NCBI RefSeq assembly: GCF_006345805.1
Contig: NC_042998.1
Span: 112,654,001 to 112,718,000, forward strand
DNA: 64,000 nt
Reading direction: 5' to 3'
Origin: Octopus sinensis
Taxonomy: Eukaryota
Below, piece by piece: positions 50,950 to 64,000 of this stretch (within the stretch, counting starts at the first letter, position 1; every line of letters begins with the position of its first letter). The position numbers and the translations under genes are program-made. The notes under the pieces were generated by a model. It did no database searches and had not been told where the DNA came from. It saw only the letters and a list, made by a program, of their open reading frames with translations.

Positions 50950-51592
50950 TAAATAGAGAGAGAGAGAAACAGGCAGATAGATAGATAGATCCGCCTACGA
51001 AACACCACTTACAATGTATTCGTCAACGTTAATATATGTGTATATCTTATGTATTGTATATTATATGTACGTATATATATGCTTACTTACATACATTTAC
51101 ATATACATTCGTCTATGCATATACACATACAATATATATATACATATACATATATGTATGTATTTATTGTTGATTACGTGTATGTATGTATGTATGTATG
51201 TATGTATGTATGTATGTATGTATGTGTGTATGTATGTATGTATGTATGTATGTATGTATGTATGTATGTATGTATAGGGAGAGTGTAGGCGGGAGAATAA
51301 GCATGCCACGTTAATTGTGTATAAGAAAGTTTTTTGAATCGTAACACCTGTCTGAATAGGTGCGTTGATTTGCTTTTTACAAACTTTCCTTTCTCGTTTT
51401 TCTTCTTTTTTTTTTCTATGTCAATTGTTGTTTCTTCTATTATTCTCGATGTTATTGTTGCTGTCTCTGTTGATAGTATTGCTGTTGCGTAACTTCGGCT
51501 CAGCTGTAATGAAGTTGACCTGTGCTATGCAACTAGGCAGCGGAACGACTAACTGCCAAACAGAAATCTATTGATATGTCGTTCTTTATACA

Positions 51593-51732
<140 letters not shown>

Positions 51733-52054
51733 ATCCATCTATCTATCTTCCTCCCTTTTTAACTGAGAACTATATTATACACCCTGGCATGATGTGGATT
51801 GCTCTTGTTTAGTACTAGGTCCATTTTGATCCAGAAGACCTATGTCGTGACCATATCATCTTTTGTTTTTCTCTCCCCTCCTCATCCCTCAAACGTTTTG
51901 TATCTAGGGTCACATATTTCAGGAAACACTTTGAGAAAAAGAATAGGATAATAGGTTGTGATTCGAGGGTGACGTGATTGGTATCTGTAGTAGTGTGTAA
52001 TTGTATGTTGTGAAGTATTACAGTGATGTGTTGTGAAGTATATTATTGCTGTGC

Positions 52055-52113
<59 letters not shown>

Positions 52114-52133
52114 GTTGTGAAGTATTGTAGGTA

Positions 52134-52937
52134 CGAGGTTCATTCAATAAGTATCCGACTTCATCTTTTCTCACGAAAACGAATGCTGTGTGGGAGGTGA
52201 CGACATCCTTCCTGCGTACGTGTGAAAACTTTCGCGCCGGTAGGCCGCGTCACTTTCCGGCTGTTACGTATAGAGTACAAACGTGTAGTGCACGCTCGTC
52301 GGGTTTTCGTTTTCAGGCAGCACGACCGAACACATCGAACAGAGACCATAAACCCATGCCTCCTTACCAGTGATGATGGTCTTCATGAAATCTCGTTCGG
52401 TCGTGGTTTGCACAGTCTAGCATGACCTGAGCGATTTCCATGAGTTGCTTCTGCTGCTCCAGCAGCACCTTGTGGACGAATCTTACCAATATTCTCTCCA
52501 CGAACAAATCCTCCGTTGAAACGGAATGCACTGACCCTGTGCTTGGTCCTACTTCACGAACAATTTCCTGGATTGTTACATGTCGGTCTTCCGCGACTAT
52601 TCCACGAATCTTCTCAATCGGCTACCCGTTTCGGTTTGTTGATGACCCACCTGAGCGTGACTCGCTCTCCACTGTGGTGCGTCATACTTGATGGATGGTT
52701 TGCGCTTAAGTATCACCAAACTTTTGGCAAAACTTGATGCAACACCTCTGCTGGATGCGTTCGTTGAAAATGCGGATCCGACGAGTGCACAGTACACTTC
52801 TGTACTAGAGACATAACAGAAAAAAATTTCATGCATGCGCAGGATGGGTGGCGTCGATTCCCACCCAAGGAATTTTGTCAACGAGGCATTAGTTTTGGCG
52901 GGGAAAATAAAGTCGAATACTCTTTGAACGCACTTCG
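52134..52937 (-). mobile_element. Internally deleted mariner element with both TIRs
   Basis: Left TA|CGAGGTTCATTCAATAAGTATCCGACTT; right AAGTCGAATACTCTTTGAACGCACTTCG|TA. The minus strand encodes IEKIRGIVAEDRHVTIQEIVREVG..GSVHS (HTH). Confidence 0.8.
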
Positions 52938-53494
52938 TATATTGTAGTGAAACGTTGCTAAGTTCTGCCAGTAAATGTATGTGAAGTGTTTGTGTTGTAT
53001 GTGTATTGTAATGAAATACTGCAGAGTTGTGATGTATGTTGTTTTATGTTGATTGTTGGTGGTGCAGTGAAATATTGTAGTGTAGTAGTTGTTGTGTAGT
53101 TTCATAACACTGAGCTTTAGTGTGCTTTGTGAAATATTGCAGAGTGGTGTTGTATTGTATACTGTAAAATGTTGCAGTGTCCGTTGTACTGGCAGAATCG
53201 TTGACGCACCGGAAAAATTGTTCAGCGGCATTTTTTCCGACTCTATACCTTTTGTACTCATATTCTGCATTGGTCGACTTTGCCTTTCAGCCTTTCTGGA
53301 TCGATAAAATAAGTACCAGTTAAGCACTAGGGGTCGTTGTAATCAATTTATCCCTCACCAATATTGTTAATTTCTGTTAAGTTTCCATTGGCCTGTCTAA
53401 TGACTTCTTCTTTGGAGTAATGGTCTTGATATTTGGGATTACTAGTTGTTATTTCATAGAGATTTTCAGGACTTCCTATTTCCACTAGAACTGA

Positions 53495-53815
53495 AGGCGC
53501 GTGACTTAGTGGTTTGGTATTCGGCTCACGATCGCAAGGTCGTGACTTCAATTCTCGGCGATGCGTTGTGTCCTTGAGCAAAACATTTTATTTCACGTTG
53601 CTCCAGTTCACTCAGCTGGCAAAAATAAGTAGCACCTCTATTTCAAAGGTCCAGCTTTGCCACATTCTGTGTCACGCTGAATCACCCTGAGAACTACGTT
53701 AAGAGTACACGTGTTTGTGGAGCGCTCAGTCAAATACACGTTAATTTCACGAAGAGGCTGTTCCGTAAATCGAATCAACTGGAACCCTTGTTGTCGTAAG
53801 CGACGGAGTGTCACC
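53495..53815 (+). mobile_element. SINE family B, preceded by a decayed family A SINE at about 53190-53350
   Basis: AAGGCGCGTGACTTAGTGG head. Body matches 1005-1310 and 62610-62905. Confidence 0.8.
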
Positions 53816-54467
53816 ATTTCTACTAGATATTTGCAGTAATCCCTACTGTTTTATTATTGTTGCATCCTTCCTGAAATGTCTCTGCTTGGAGCTCAACCTC
53901 TGACGAGATATCAATGGTACTCTCAACTTGCTTTTTCTTTTTACTAGCTACTGGAGTCTCATTTGGCCTGTTGATATTTAGCTCCTCAAATTTCGTGTTG
54001 AGGATCTTCTCTCGGTAATTTATTTCTTTTGGTGGAGGGGTGGGAAAATGTTCTCGAGTTCAAAAGTTTTTTTAATTTTTCTACTATTTATGATATTGAC
54101 GAGACATTTACGTTACTGTCGAGTTCAGTAAAACAGTACAGAATGCTTCTCCGACATCCTCATACTCTTCTATAAACTATATTTTTATCTTTTTCCTTTT
54201 GCTAAGTTTTCAGTTGTTGTAAATAGAGGACCGTTATGAGGCATGCTTCTATTTGGGATTTCTCTTGTACTTAGCAGGAGAGATTATTTCATAACAAAGT
54301 TTTCGATCCTGGTCTGGTTTCCCACTAAAGACTGGTCATTCATTTGGATATACTGGCATTATGTCTCAGTGTCAGAGTCCCTTTTGAATGCCTTTTATTT
54401 AATGGCTGGACATAAGTTGCCCAGTTCGCTCCTCGTGATGAAAGGCGTAAATTTCTATCGTATCTTT

Positions 54468-55025
54468 ATTGAGTGAGAGAGCAGTGCATGCCATCAAAGT
54501 GACACTGGGGTAAAATATACGAACCCCAATATACCCATTATGACTACCCGCCTGATAAGGGTACACTAGGCACATGCATCACAACCATATATGCGCGACA
54601 TGGGGATCTCATATCAAGATAAACAGCACATGACCTCGCAAGTGGGGCCCAGTTAAAATTTTCTTCTGGTCGAGTAACCCATCCGCTCAAAAGGTCCCTG
54701 AATAACGGTTGTTTAAGGATATTGAATGAAACAACCATGTTTCCAGAGGGAAATTATTCAAACCCCAAAGGATCCCTCTCAACACATGCCTACGATGCTC
54801 CCCCACTACTTCTGCTCGTGGTCAGAGACGCACATATCGTCAGCTACTAAGGAACCTGCTCAACTGGTTAAGATCAAACAACTGACAAGCAAATCTGTGG
54901 CATTGAGCAGAATATTTGCTGTAGCCCATCTTTTATACCAAGACTAAACAATGTACATGATAACACTTCTAATCAGTTAAGATCAGAAGTCACGAGAGCC
55001 ACTGCATGGTACTGCATCAGGGCAT

Positions 55026-55027
<2 letters not shown>
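54468..55027 (-). mobile_element. Family D non-coding repeat next to (TAA)n
   Basis: Second copy of 40766-41300. Confidence 0.8.
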
Positions 55028-56640
<1,613 letters not shown>

Positions 56641-58015
56641 CCAGTAGTCTTATTTTTATCACGTTCTTTCTCTGCACTACCGCGCGCAGCAATGTGTACC
56701 TTGGGTATGTGCTGTGGTTTGTTATGGTGATCTTATTTTCACTGTATTGAAAGTGTTTTACTTAGAATGTGTGCAGTTCCTAGTGGTGCTATTTTCTGTA
56801 TGTTCTATATACTTCTAAGTCCTGATGTTTTTGTTATGTATTTGTTTGAATGTTTATTTTATCACACCTAATGCGCCTACTATAATAGGAATTGCTTCTG
56901 TTTTTAGGCTCCGCATTCAAGATACCTCTATTTCTAGATCTTTGTATTTTGAAAGTTTCTCCGTTTCCTTTAGAGAAACGTTGTCATCTATTGGTATTGA
57001 TACATCGATTAGAAAGCACTTTTTTCCTTGGCGATCTCTGACAACTATATCCGGTCTATTAGTCTTGATTTCTCTATCTGTATGTATTGGTATATCCCAA
57101 AGTATGGTTGCTTTCTCATTTTCTGTGACCTTTTATGGAGTGTGCCTATACCATCTTTTTTCTGTTGTTATTTCATAGTGTTGGCATCGCTTCCAGGGTA
57201 TATAGGTCCCAATTTTGTAGTGTCTGTGAATATATTCCTTCTTAGCCAGGACTGGACAGCCAGAGACATTATGATTTATTGTTTCTTCTCTATCATCACA
57301 TATTCTGCAGTGACTTGTATTTCTTTTCATTATGTGTTTTTGGTGGTTTCTGGTGAGAAGGCTGTGGTCTTGTGCTGCAATTAAAAATCCTTCAGTCTCT
57401 GCTTTGAGTCCTGAGCTTCTTGGCCATTGTTGGGATTATTTTGATTTGACTATTTCTTTTCTGTTTAGCTTAACCCTGTATTTGCAATGTAGGGGCTTTT
57501 CTTGCCATCGTTTTAACATGGTCCGTTGCCGTTCTACCTTTAGTTTGGATTTCAGTTGTTTCATAGCTTTTGTTGTTTCTTCTTTTTCTTCATAGTTGTT
57601 AGATACTATGACTTCTTTTTTGTATATGTCAGCTTCCTTGAAGACAGAAAACGGGGCTTTTTTCTGTTTTGTTCGTGTTTTATTGCTACTTGTATCAGTT
57701 TTCCTCACTTCTGAAGTAGGCACTTCTGTAATCCTACGGTGGTTATTTTGTAGTAGTTTTCTAGCTGTATAAGGCTTTTACCACTTTCGATACGTTGTAT
57801 ATATAACGTTTCTATGTCAGATTTTGGATGGTGCATCCTGTTATTATTTTTCTTGTTTTCGTGTCTATTTTGCTTTGTTCATTTAGAGTCCAGTTAAGAA
57901 TATTGTAGCTGTAACTTGATTTTCGCATTGAGTTCTGTTTTCAGTATTAATCTAACTCGTCTATAATATTTCTTTCTCGTTTCATTTGTGTGTGTTGTAT
58001 CGTATCTAGTTCATT
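56641..58015 (-). mobile_element. Older tandem copy of the same Dong/R4-like LINE family
   Basis: Colinear with 55073-56510 but with more stops and indels. Flanked by (ATT)n. Confidence 0.9.
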
Positions 58016-58022
58016 GATTATT

Positions 58023-58124
<102 letters not shown>

Positions 58125-58129
58125 TCTTT

Positions 58130-58530
58130 CTATCTCAGGTTTTGTTGGAACTCCTGGAGTCTTGAATGCGCAGTGAGCTTGCTGCCTGCAGCCTACGGTT
58201 CCATGCCATCTGTTCTTTTCAATTATCTAATACTTTCCTGGTTATTCTGGCCGTGCCAAGGAGGCAAAACGTTTGTAACAGTTCTACTGGGCCCTCTATT
58301 CCGATTTCCTTTATATTCCTCTTGGTGCCTTCTGATACTGTCCCCAGCCGGGCTATTTCGTACTTAAGAGGGTTGTATTTATTTATTTTCGCCTTCCTTC
58401 TTGACTATTCGTGGGCCAAAGGGGCACGGAACATCAATTATATGGTACATGTGGTGCATCTTGTTGACTATCACCAGGTCCGGTCAGTTATGCTCCAGCA
58501 CTTGATCTGTTTGGATTGGGAGGGGAAGGG
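58130..58530 (-). mobile_element. Further RLE LINE 3' fragment (different subfamily)
   Basis: The minus strand gives QIKCWSITDRTWW/PDLVIV-like sequence and ends LLGTARITRKVLDN*, next to (ATT)n. Confidence 0.55.
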
Positions 58531-59764
58531 GGAGACTTATGTTGCTGTTGTCTATTAGTTCAACCTCTGATGAAAGGTTTTCTGATGAAAGGTCATCCAT
58601 TCCGCCTTATGTTCAGCAATAGTGCATTTAGGACTACATTATTCAATGTGATTTCTTCCTTTTCGTGGTGGTGAGTGTGATTTCAATGGGATTTGACCGC
58701 TCTTCTGCTTTTGTTTTTGTTTGTTTATAACGTTCATTGAAAACGTAGAGGATCTTCCATTGTCAAACAGCTTTTAGTTATGTTCCTTTACAGTGAGAAT
58801 AAAGGGGAAAGAGAGGCAGAGCTATACATGTCTTGTGGGGATAGAGAGACAAATAAAGGGATAAATGAAATAATTTTGAAATCACTCAATCCATGTTACG
58901 TTAACTGCTAAGACTAGGGCAGTTCGTCGAAGGTTTAACTGAGGACGTATGGAAATTATCCCGTTTTTAGACATTTTTCTTGCTATTAGCCGTTTAGTGT
59001 TTCTGTCTAACGGATGTGAATATTTCATTCAAAATCAATGAAAAAGATAGTAATTATAAATTTACATTTGGATGGACACTATAGTTATTCTGATTATTTC
59101 GTACATTTGTTGCTGTTTTCGGGTCTTTTTGTTACTGTTTAGTCCCATGCCATCTCTGGTCAAGCAGATTTAGGATGAAAAGTATCCCATCCCTGACCAT
59201 TCTATGTTTTTGCGTATTTCGCATTTCGTTGTCCAATCTATAGATGTTTATTAAAGGCGGTTTGATGTGCTTTAAAGGAGACATGGCAGCCTTTTCTGAC
59301 AGATGGAGCAACGGCTTTGAGACCACAGCAGCACATATTATTTTTGCTTTAATCGATGATCTTATTATATGTTTGAACATTAAAAAGGAGTGATCAAATG
59401 GTCATTATTAATTCTAATGTTGGATTTTACAGCTAACAGTGAGTTAGTTTGGCGGGCAGTTAATGACCAGCAATAAAATATGCAACTATCTTCAAAGTGT
59501 GACAGCCGACTTTCAACTTGATTTCGGTATCGTTTCACTACTCCCTTTCTAAGATATTTCAGTTACCTTTGAAATTGAGCTGTTTGGTTGGTCGCCAACT
59601 TTTACTATTTCTTACAAGAAAAGTTCAAAAGCAAATTTCAAAGTTTCAATAATAGCATATTTTACTTTAAATGCTGAGAGAATCGAGCTGTTTGATTGGT
59701 CACCAGATATAATATATCCAACTCATTAATTTTCTGGTTACATTCTGTTTGTGATAGATATTCT

Positions 59765-60760
59765 CTTCCACTGCCAATGGATGGCCCCTAAACAGGGACA
59801 GTCCGAACACAGACGGATGTTTAACCAATGTACAGAGAAGGACAAAGAGAGCAGAAGATGCAATAAATAACGTTACTGGAGGTGCAGGTAAAGGAGTCGG
59901 TGACGTGATAGGGACGGTGATGGATGTCAGTGAGGATAGTGGTGTTGGAGAGGTAGGGGCAGATGCAACGGCGTGGGCGAGAGCAGGGGAAGGAGCCAGA
60001 CTGAGAGGCAGGGGCAGGAAAGAAACTGTGCACCAGGAGGTCACGCAGGTCACGGGTTCGTTTGAAGAAGGGAAGGAGTAGGTTAGGGAAGATGTACGAG
60101 GTGGAGGGATTGGACAGCTCGGAGAATGGTACGTTGGTGGGGGGTGAATGGGTGGTAAGTGATGGGGAAACGGGAGATGGGTAAGGGTGGGATGGGATGG
60201 GAGCGAAGAGAAAGAACAGAGACACGGTCCACAGATCGTGCCCGGACAAGGGCAGTGTGAATAATGATGAGGGGATAATCAACGTAGGGTGAAGTGGCGA
60301 GCTATGAGTTGAGACTGATTCTCAAAGTCATGGTCGTCATTACAAAGCCTGAGTAGACAGAGAAATTGAGAGAGGCGGATGGAGTGCTTGGTAAGGTGGG
60401 AGGTGGAGAAATTAAGGTAGTAATATGAATCAGTGTATTTGTAGTGGACAGAGTGGTGTGAGCGGAGTGGTGTATGTTGACAGAAATGTCGAGAAATTCG
60501 AGGGAAGAGTTAGAAACAATACAGGAGAATTCGAGAGCAGGATAGAAGAATTGGACAAAGAAAGAGTCTGGATGTTCGCGGGAGAGTGAAGTTGCGCCGA
60601 TAAAGTCATGATATAACGACCATATAGCTAGTGAGTGGGCCAGAGAATTGTGAGAATATTTGGGGCTCAACATAGCCAAAGAACAGGTTTGCATAAATGG
60701 GGCCCATTCTTGTTCCCATGGTCAATCCCGATGATGTTGGTAAAACTCCTCCACGAACGA
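59765..60760 (-). mobile_element. Decayed Penelope-like element (RT plus C-terminal GIY-YIG)
   Basis: GLTMGTRMGPIYANLFFGYVE; FYPALEFSCIVSNSSLEFLDISV; FKRTRDLRDLLVHS...CSRPRRCICP...DSFTCTSSNVIYCIFCSLCPSLYIG. Confidence 0.88.
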
Positions 60761-60857
60761 GAAGCAATTGTGTGTACCCCCTCCACATGTATTAAGTGCC
60801 TCTTTCTTTCACTTGTCTACTTACTCGTATGTATGTGTGCGTGAGTGTGTGTGTGTG

Positions 60858-60925
<68 letters not shown>

Positions 60926-61424
60926 TGTGTTTGTGTTTGTGAATTATAAAATTATTTATATGAAGTGTGTGATGATAATTTATATTCTTTTTACTGAAAA
61001 CCGCAATTAATTAGTATTTAGTCATCGTTTGTTGTTTGATAAAACAACGATATACAACATAAAATCAGTGTTTAGATGCGACTCAATCGACCGTTTACTT
61101 TTTATTGTTTTGTTAAAGGAGAAACGTTAAGAATGGTGAGAGGAAGAAAAGAAGATAACTTCAGATTGGCTCCATGGCCTGTATGCCTGCAACAGAGTTA
61201 GACTTAGCTAATGGAACACAAGGTCAAGCGGTGGTGTTAATCCGGGTTGATTTTTAAAGTTACACAATAAAACAATAGGCATCTGCAACAGGCTTTCACA
61301 CGGCTTCCTTTAATCAAAATTCAATCATGAGTCTTTGGTTGACTCGAAGCTTCGGTAGAAGACATTTGGTCTATATACTAGACCTAGAATCAAACCCAAA
61401 ATTGAATGGTTATAACTTCGGGAA

Positions 61425-61658
61425 AAGGCGGCGCGCTGGCAGAAACGTTAGCACGCCGGGCGAAATGCTTAGTGGTATTTCGTCTGTCGTTACGTTCCGA
61501 GTTCAAATTCCGCCGAGGTCGACTTTGCCTTTCATCCTTTCGGAGTCGATAAATTAAGTACCAGTTACGCACTGGGGACCATGTAATCGACTTAATCCCT
61601 TTGTCTGTCCTTGTTTGTACCCTCTGTGTTTAGCCCCTTGTGGGTAGTAAAGAAATAT
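61425..61658 (+). mobile_element. Young full-length SINE family A with target duplication
   Basis: TATAACTTCGGGA precedes the head (61411-61423) and follows the tail (about 61660-61672). Confidence 0.88.
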
Positions 61659-62321
61659 ATATAACTTCGGGATTCAATTATTTTTGCTTGTTTGTTTTAC
61701 TTATATTTGCTCAACAATATCTATATCAGATATTTTCTTTAGTTCCGCTATTGCATTGCTTTTGTAGTTTGTTTTATCTTTTTATCGAACGTAGTATCAA
61801 TATTTTTGCTAACAGATTCCTAGTTCGAATTTGCTGGAACGAAAAAATCTTTAACTACATATGTTCTCAACAAAAATAAAACAAACCTCAATGTTGCACC
61901 CACGACAGTATTTAAGACTTATCAAATATCAGCAAAACATCAATTCAAGTGCCATCTGTTTCAGACGTTTTACTTAGTATGTTGTTTAATCTTTAAATTC
62001 GTGTGTGTGTGTGTGTCAAGGCTGCACAAAACCTTACGGTAAATAATCTATGTTTTCTAATATTAATTTTTTCTTTTCAAATAGACTTTGATGTCACAAC
62101 AGACCTGTTGGAAATATTGCTCCCAATATCAAGAGTGTTGATTGTTTTGTTTTTTTAGTTCCTTTTTATTGTATTATCATTGTAACCAGACACTTGGGTA
62201 CTCTCATTTTCCTCAGAATTTAACCTGAGTACATTTAAATTGAACGAATGTTCATAAACACGAATGACTGTACATTTACGAAGGGAATTACCATCTTTCA
62301 GCTATTGCCAATAGAGAAAAG

Positions 62322-62495
62322 CAGTGGCGTAGCTAACAGGGAGCAAGAGAAGCGACCGTTGCCGCCGAGCACTTTTTTCAAAATTGGCGCCTTTTCAGCA
62401 GCTGAGAAAGGAGTTAAAATTGTTTGGTAAGTGTCACGGCGCCTTTTTTTTTATGTGCTCGCTCTCCCTAACTTTAGAACGTGACTACTCCTCTG
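62322..62495. mobile_element. hAT-type MITE
   Basis: CAGTGGCGTAGC ... GACTACTCCTCTG imperfect TIRs. The 8-bp flanks GAGAAAAG and TAGACAAG match at 6 of 8 positions. Confidence 0.55.
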
Positions 62496-62609
62496 TAGAC
62501 AAGACCACGTCTTCAGTGTTAAGTATATTGTCTCTAAGGAGAATGTCTTTAATGTTTAATGATAACTGATAGTGAAGAATAGCCAGAACTTCCAGACAAC
62601 CTGTGATAA

Positions 62610-62905
62610 CAGGCTTGTATTCAGCTCACGATCGTAAGGTCATGAGTTCGATTCCCGGCGGCGCGATATATCGTTGAACAAGACACTTTATTTTACGTGG
62701 CTCCAGTCCACTCAGCTGGCAAAAATGTTGTACTTGTAACTGAAAGAGCCAATCTAGTTATATTTTGTGCCACGCTGAATCTCCTTGAGAACTAAGTTAA
62801 GAGTATGCGTGCCTATACAGTGCTCAGCCACTTGCACGTTAATTTTACAATCAGGCTGTCCCGTTAATCAGATTAATTGGAACCTTTGTCGTCGCAAGTG
62901 CCAGT
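62610..62905 (+). mobile_element. SINE family B (head truncated)
   Basis: CTCACGATCGTAAGGTCATGAGTTCGATTCCCGG followed by the family B body. Confidence 0.75.
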
Positions 62906-63705
62906 AACTAACTAGGGCCATCATACATAAAATCGAGAGGAAAAGAAACCTAATGAACAATACTTATGCGGCGAAGAGAAGAAAAGATTAGCTTATTGAC
63001 TAATATAATGTAACCCACCCTTGACAACTCATCACCTACTTCTATTTTATTAGAAATCCTCGACAAGACATAACTTTCTTTATACCTGCCATGCTAGATT
63101 AGTAATAAGAGAATCATTATGTTTCTGCACTATATTTTCACTATTAGGCATAGATATAGTTGTCACTCGCAAACGCTTTCGCTAACTATTTTAGGTGCTC
63201 AGATAGTCGTGAAAAAAGACGCTCTCGGCCTTTCCATGTATGCACCAGCAGATCATCGAGGACAGAAAAGCTGGAGGGAGAGAAGGTTGCACCACCAGTC
63301 ACCTTGTACATAATTTCAGTTGAGTAAACTGGAGCAACGTGAACACAACACGCAGTCTGGTCCAGGAATGGAACCTAGAACCTTATGATCGCGAGGCTAA
63401 GGCGCCAATAATTATCATACTAACTGACAGAAATTACCCAAGGGAAAAGACGGTGAAGTTAGTGTCATCGTACTAAACATAATGAATAGAGTTTGTGGAA
63501 TAGATCAGCATATAAGCTTTGTTTGTGTCCAAGTTACTGCAAATGTTCCCAAGGACAATTATGTCTATGTAAAGGAAAGATTCGTAGTTTTGACATTCAT
63601 TAATGGCTAAAAGAGACTGGCTGACACTTACACGGACAATTCTCAACAACATTAACAATGACAACAGTAGCAACAACATTATCATCATCATTATCCTCAT
63701 CATCA

Positions 63706-63737
<32 letters not shown>

Positions 63738-64000
63738 ATCATCATCATTATCATCGTGTCCCACATCAGTAGACGCTTTGCGAGGGGAACTTAACGATTA
63801 ATTACCAGATACTTAAGATTTAATTATAGTAACACGGAAACACAGGCAAAGTTTTCTACTAACAAAAACGTTCACAAAGCTTAAATACATTTAGTTATTT
63901 ACGAGGTTGGAATGTTCAAACGATTGTAGTTATGTCCATGCTGGAGCATATTTGATGATGATGATGATGATGATGATGACCACGACGACGACGACAACGA

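Noticed and set aside
58565-58595. Tandem CTGATGAAAGGT
   Set aside because: Short local duplication with no ribozyme or snoRNA structure.

Overview
AT-rich, microsatellite-saturated eukaryotic genomic DNA. The tRNA-derived SINE families and the density of (TA)n/(CA)n/(CATA)n/(TAGA)n/(TAA)n tracts suggest an octopus genome (inference). Only one convincing host coding exon is present: a minus-strand N-terminal exon with two EF-hands (7120-7490, RASEF/CRACR2-like). It has a GTAAG donor and probable upstream non-coding exons, so most of the window is probably intron or upstream sequence. The remainder is transposon debris: restriction-like-endonuclease (R4/Dong-type) LINEs in (TAA)n and (CATA)n tracts, RTE-like LINE 3' ends with tandem C2H2 fingers, Penelope-like RT and GIY-YIG fragments, mariner/Tc1/pogo/hAT elements, Helitron-like elements and many SINEs. 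The most notable unannotated signal is a set of at least six type I hammerhead-ribozyme-like motifs, plus degenerate copies, in short non-coding elements next to microsatellites. Several have palindromic (dimer-type) stem III, enlarged stem II or a long rod-like stem I. A 275-bp near-perfect inverted repeat is also present. All calls were made by eye and none has been checked by search or folding software.
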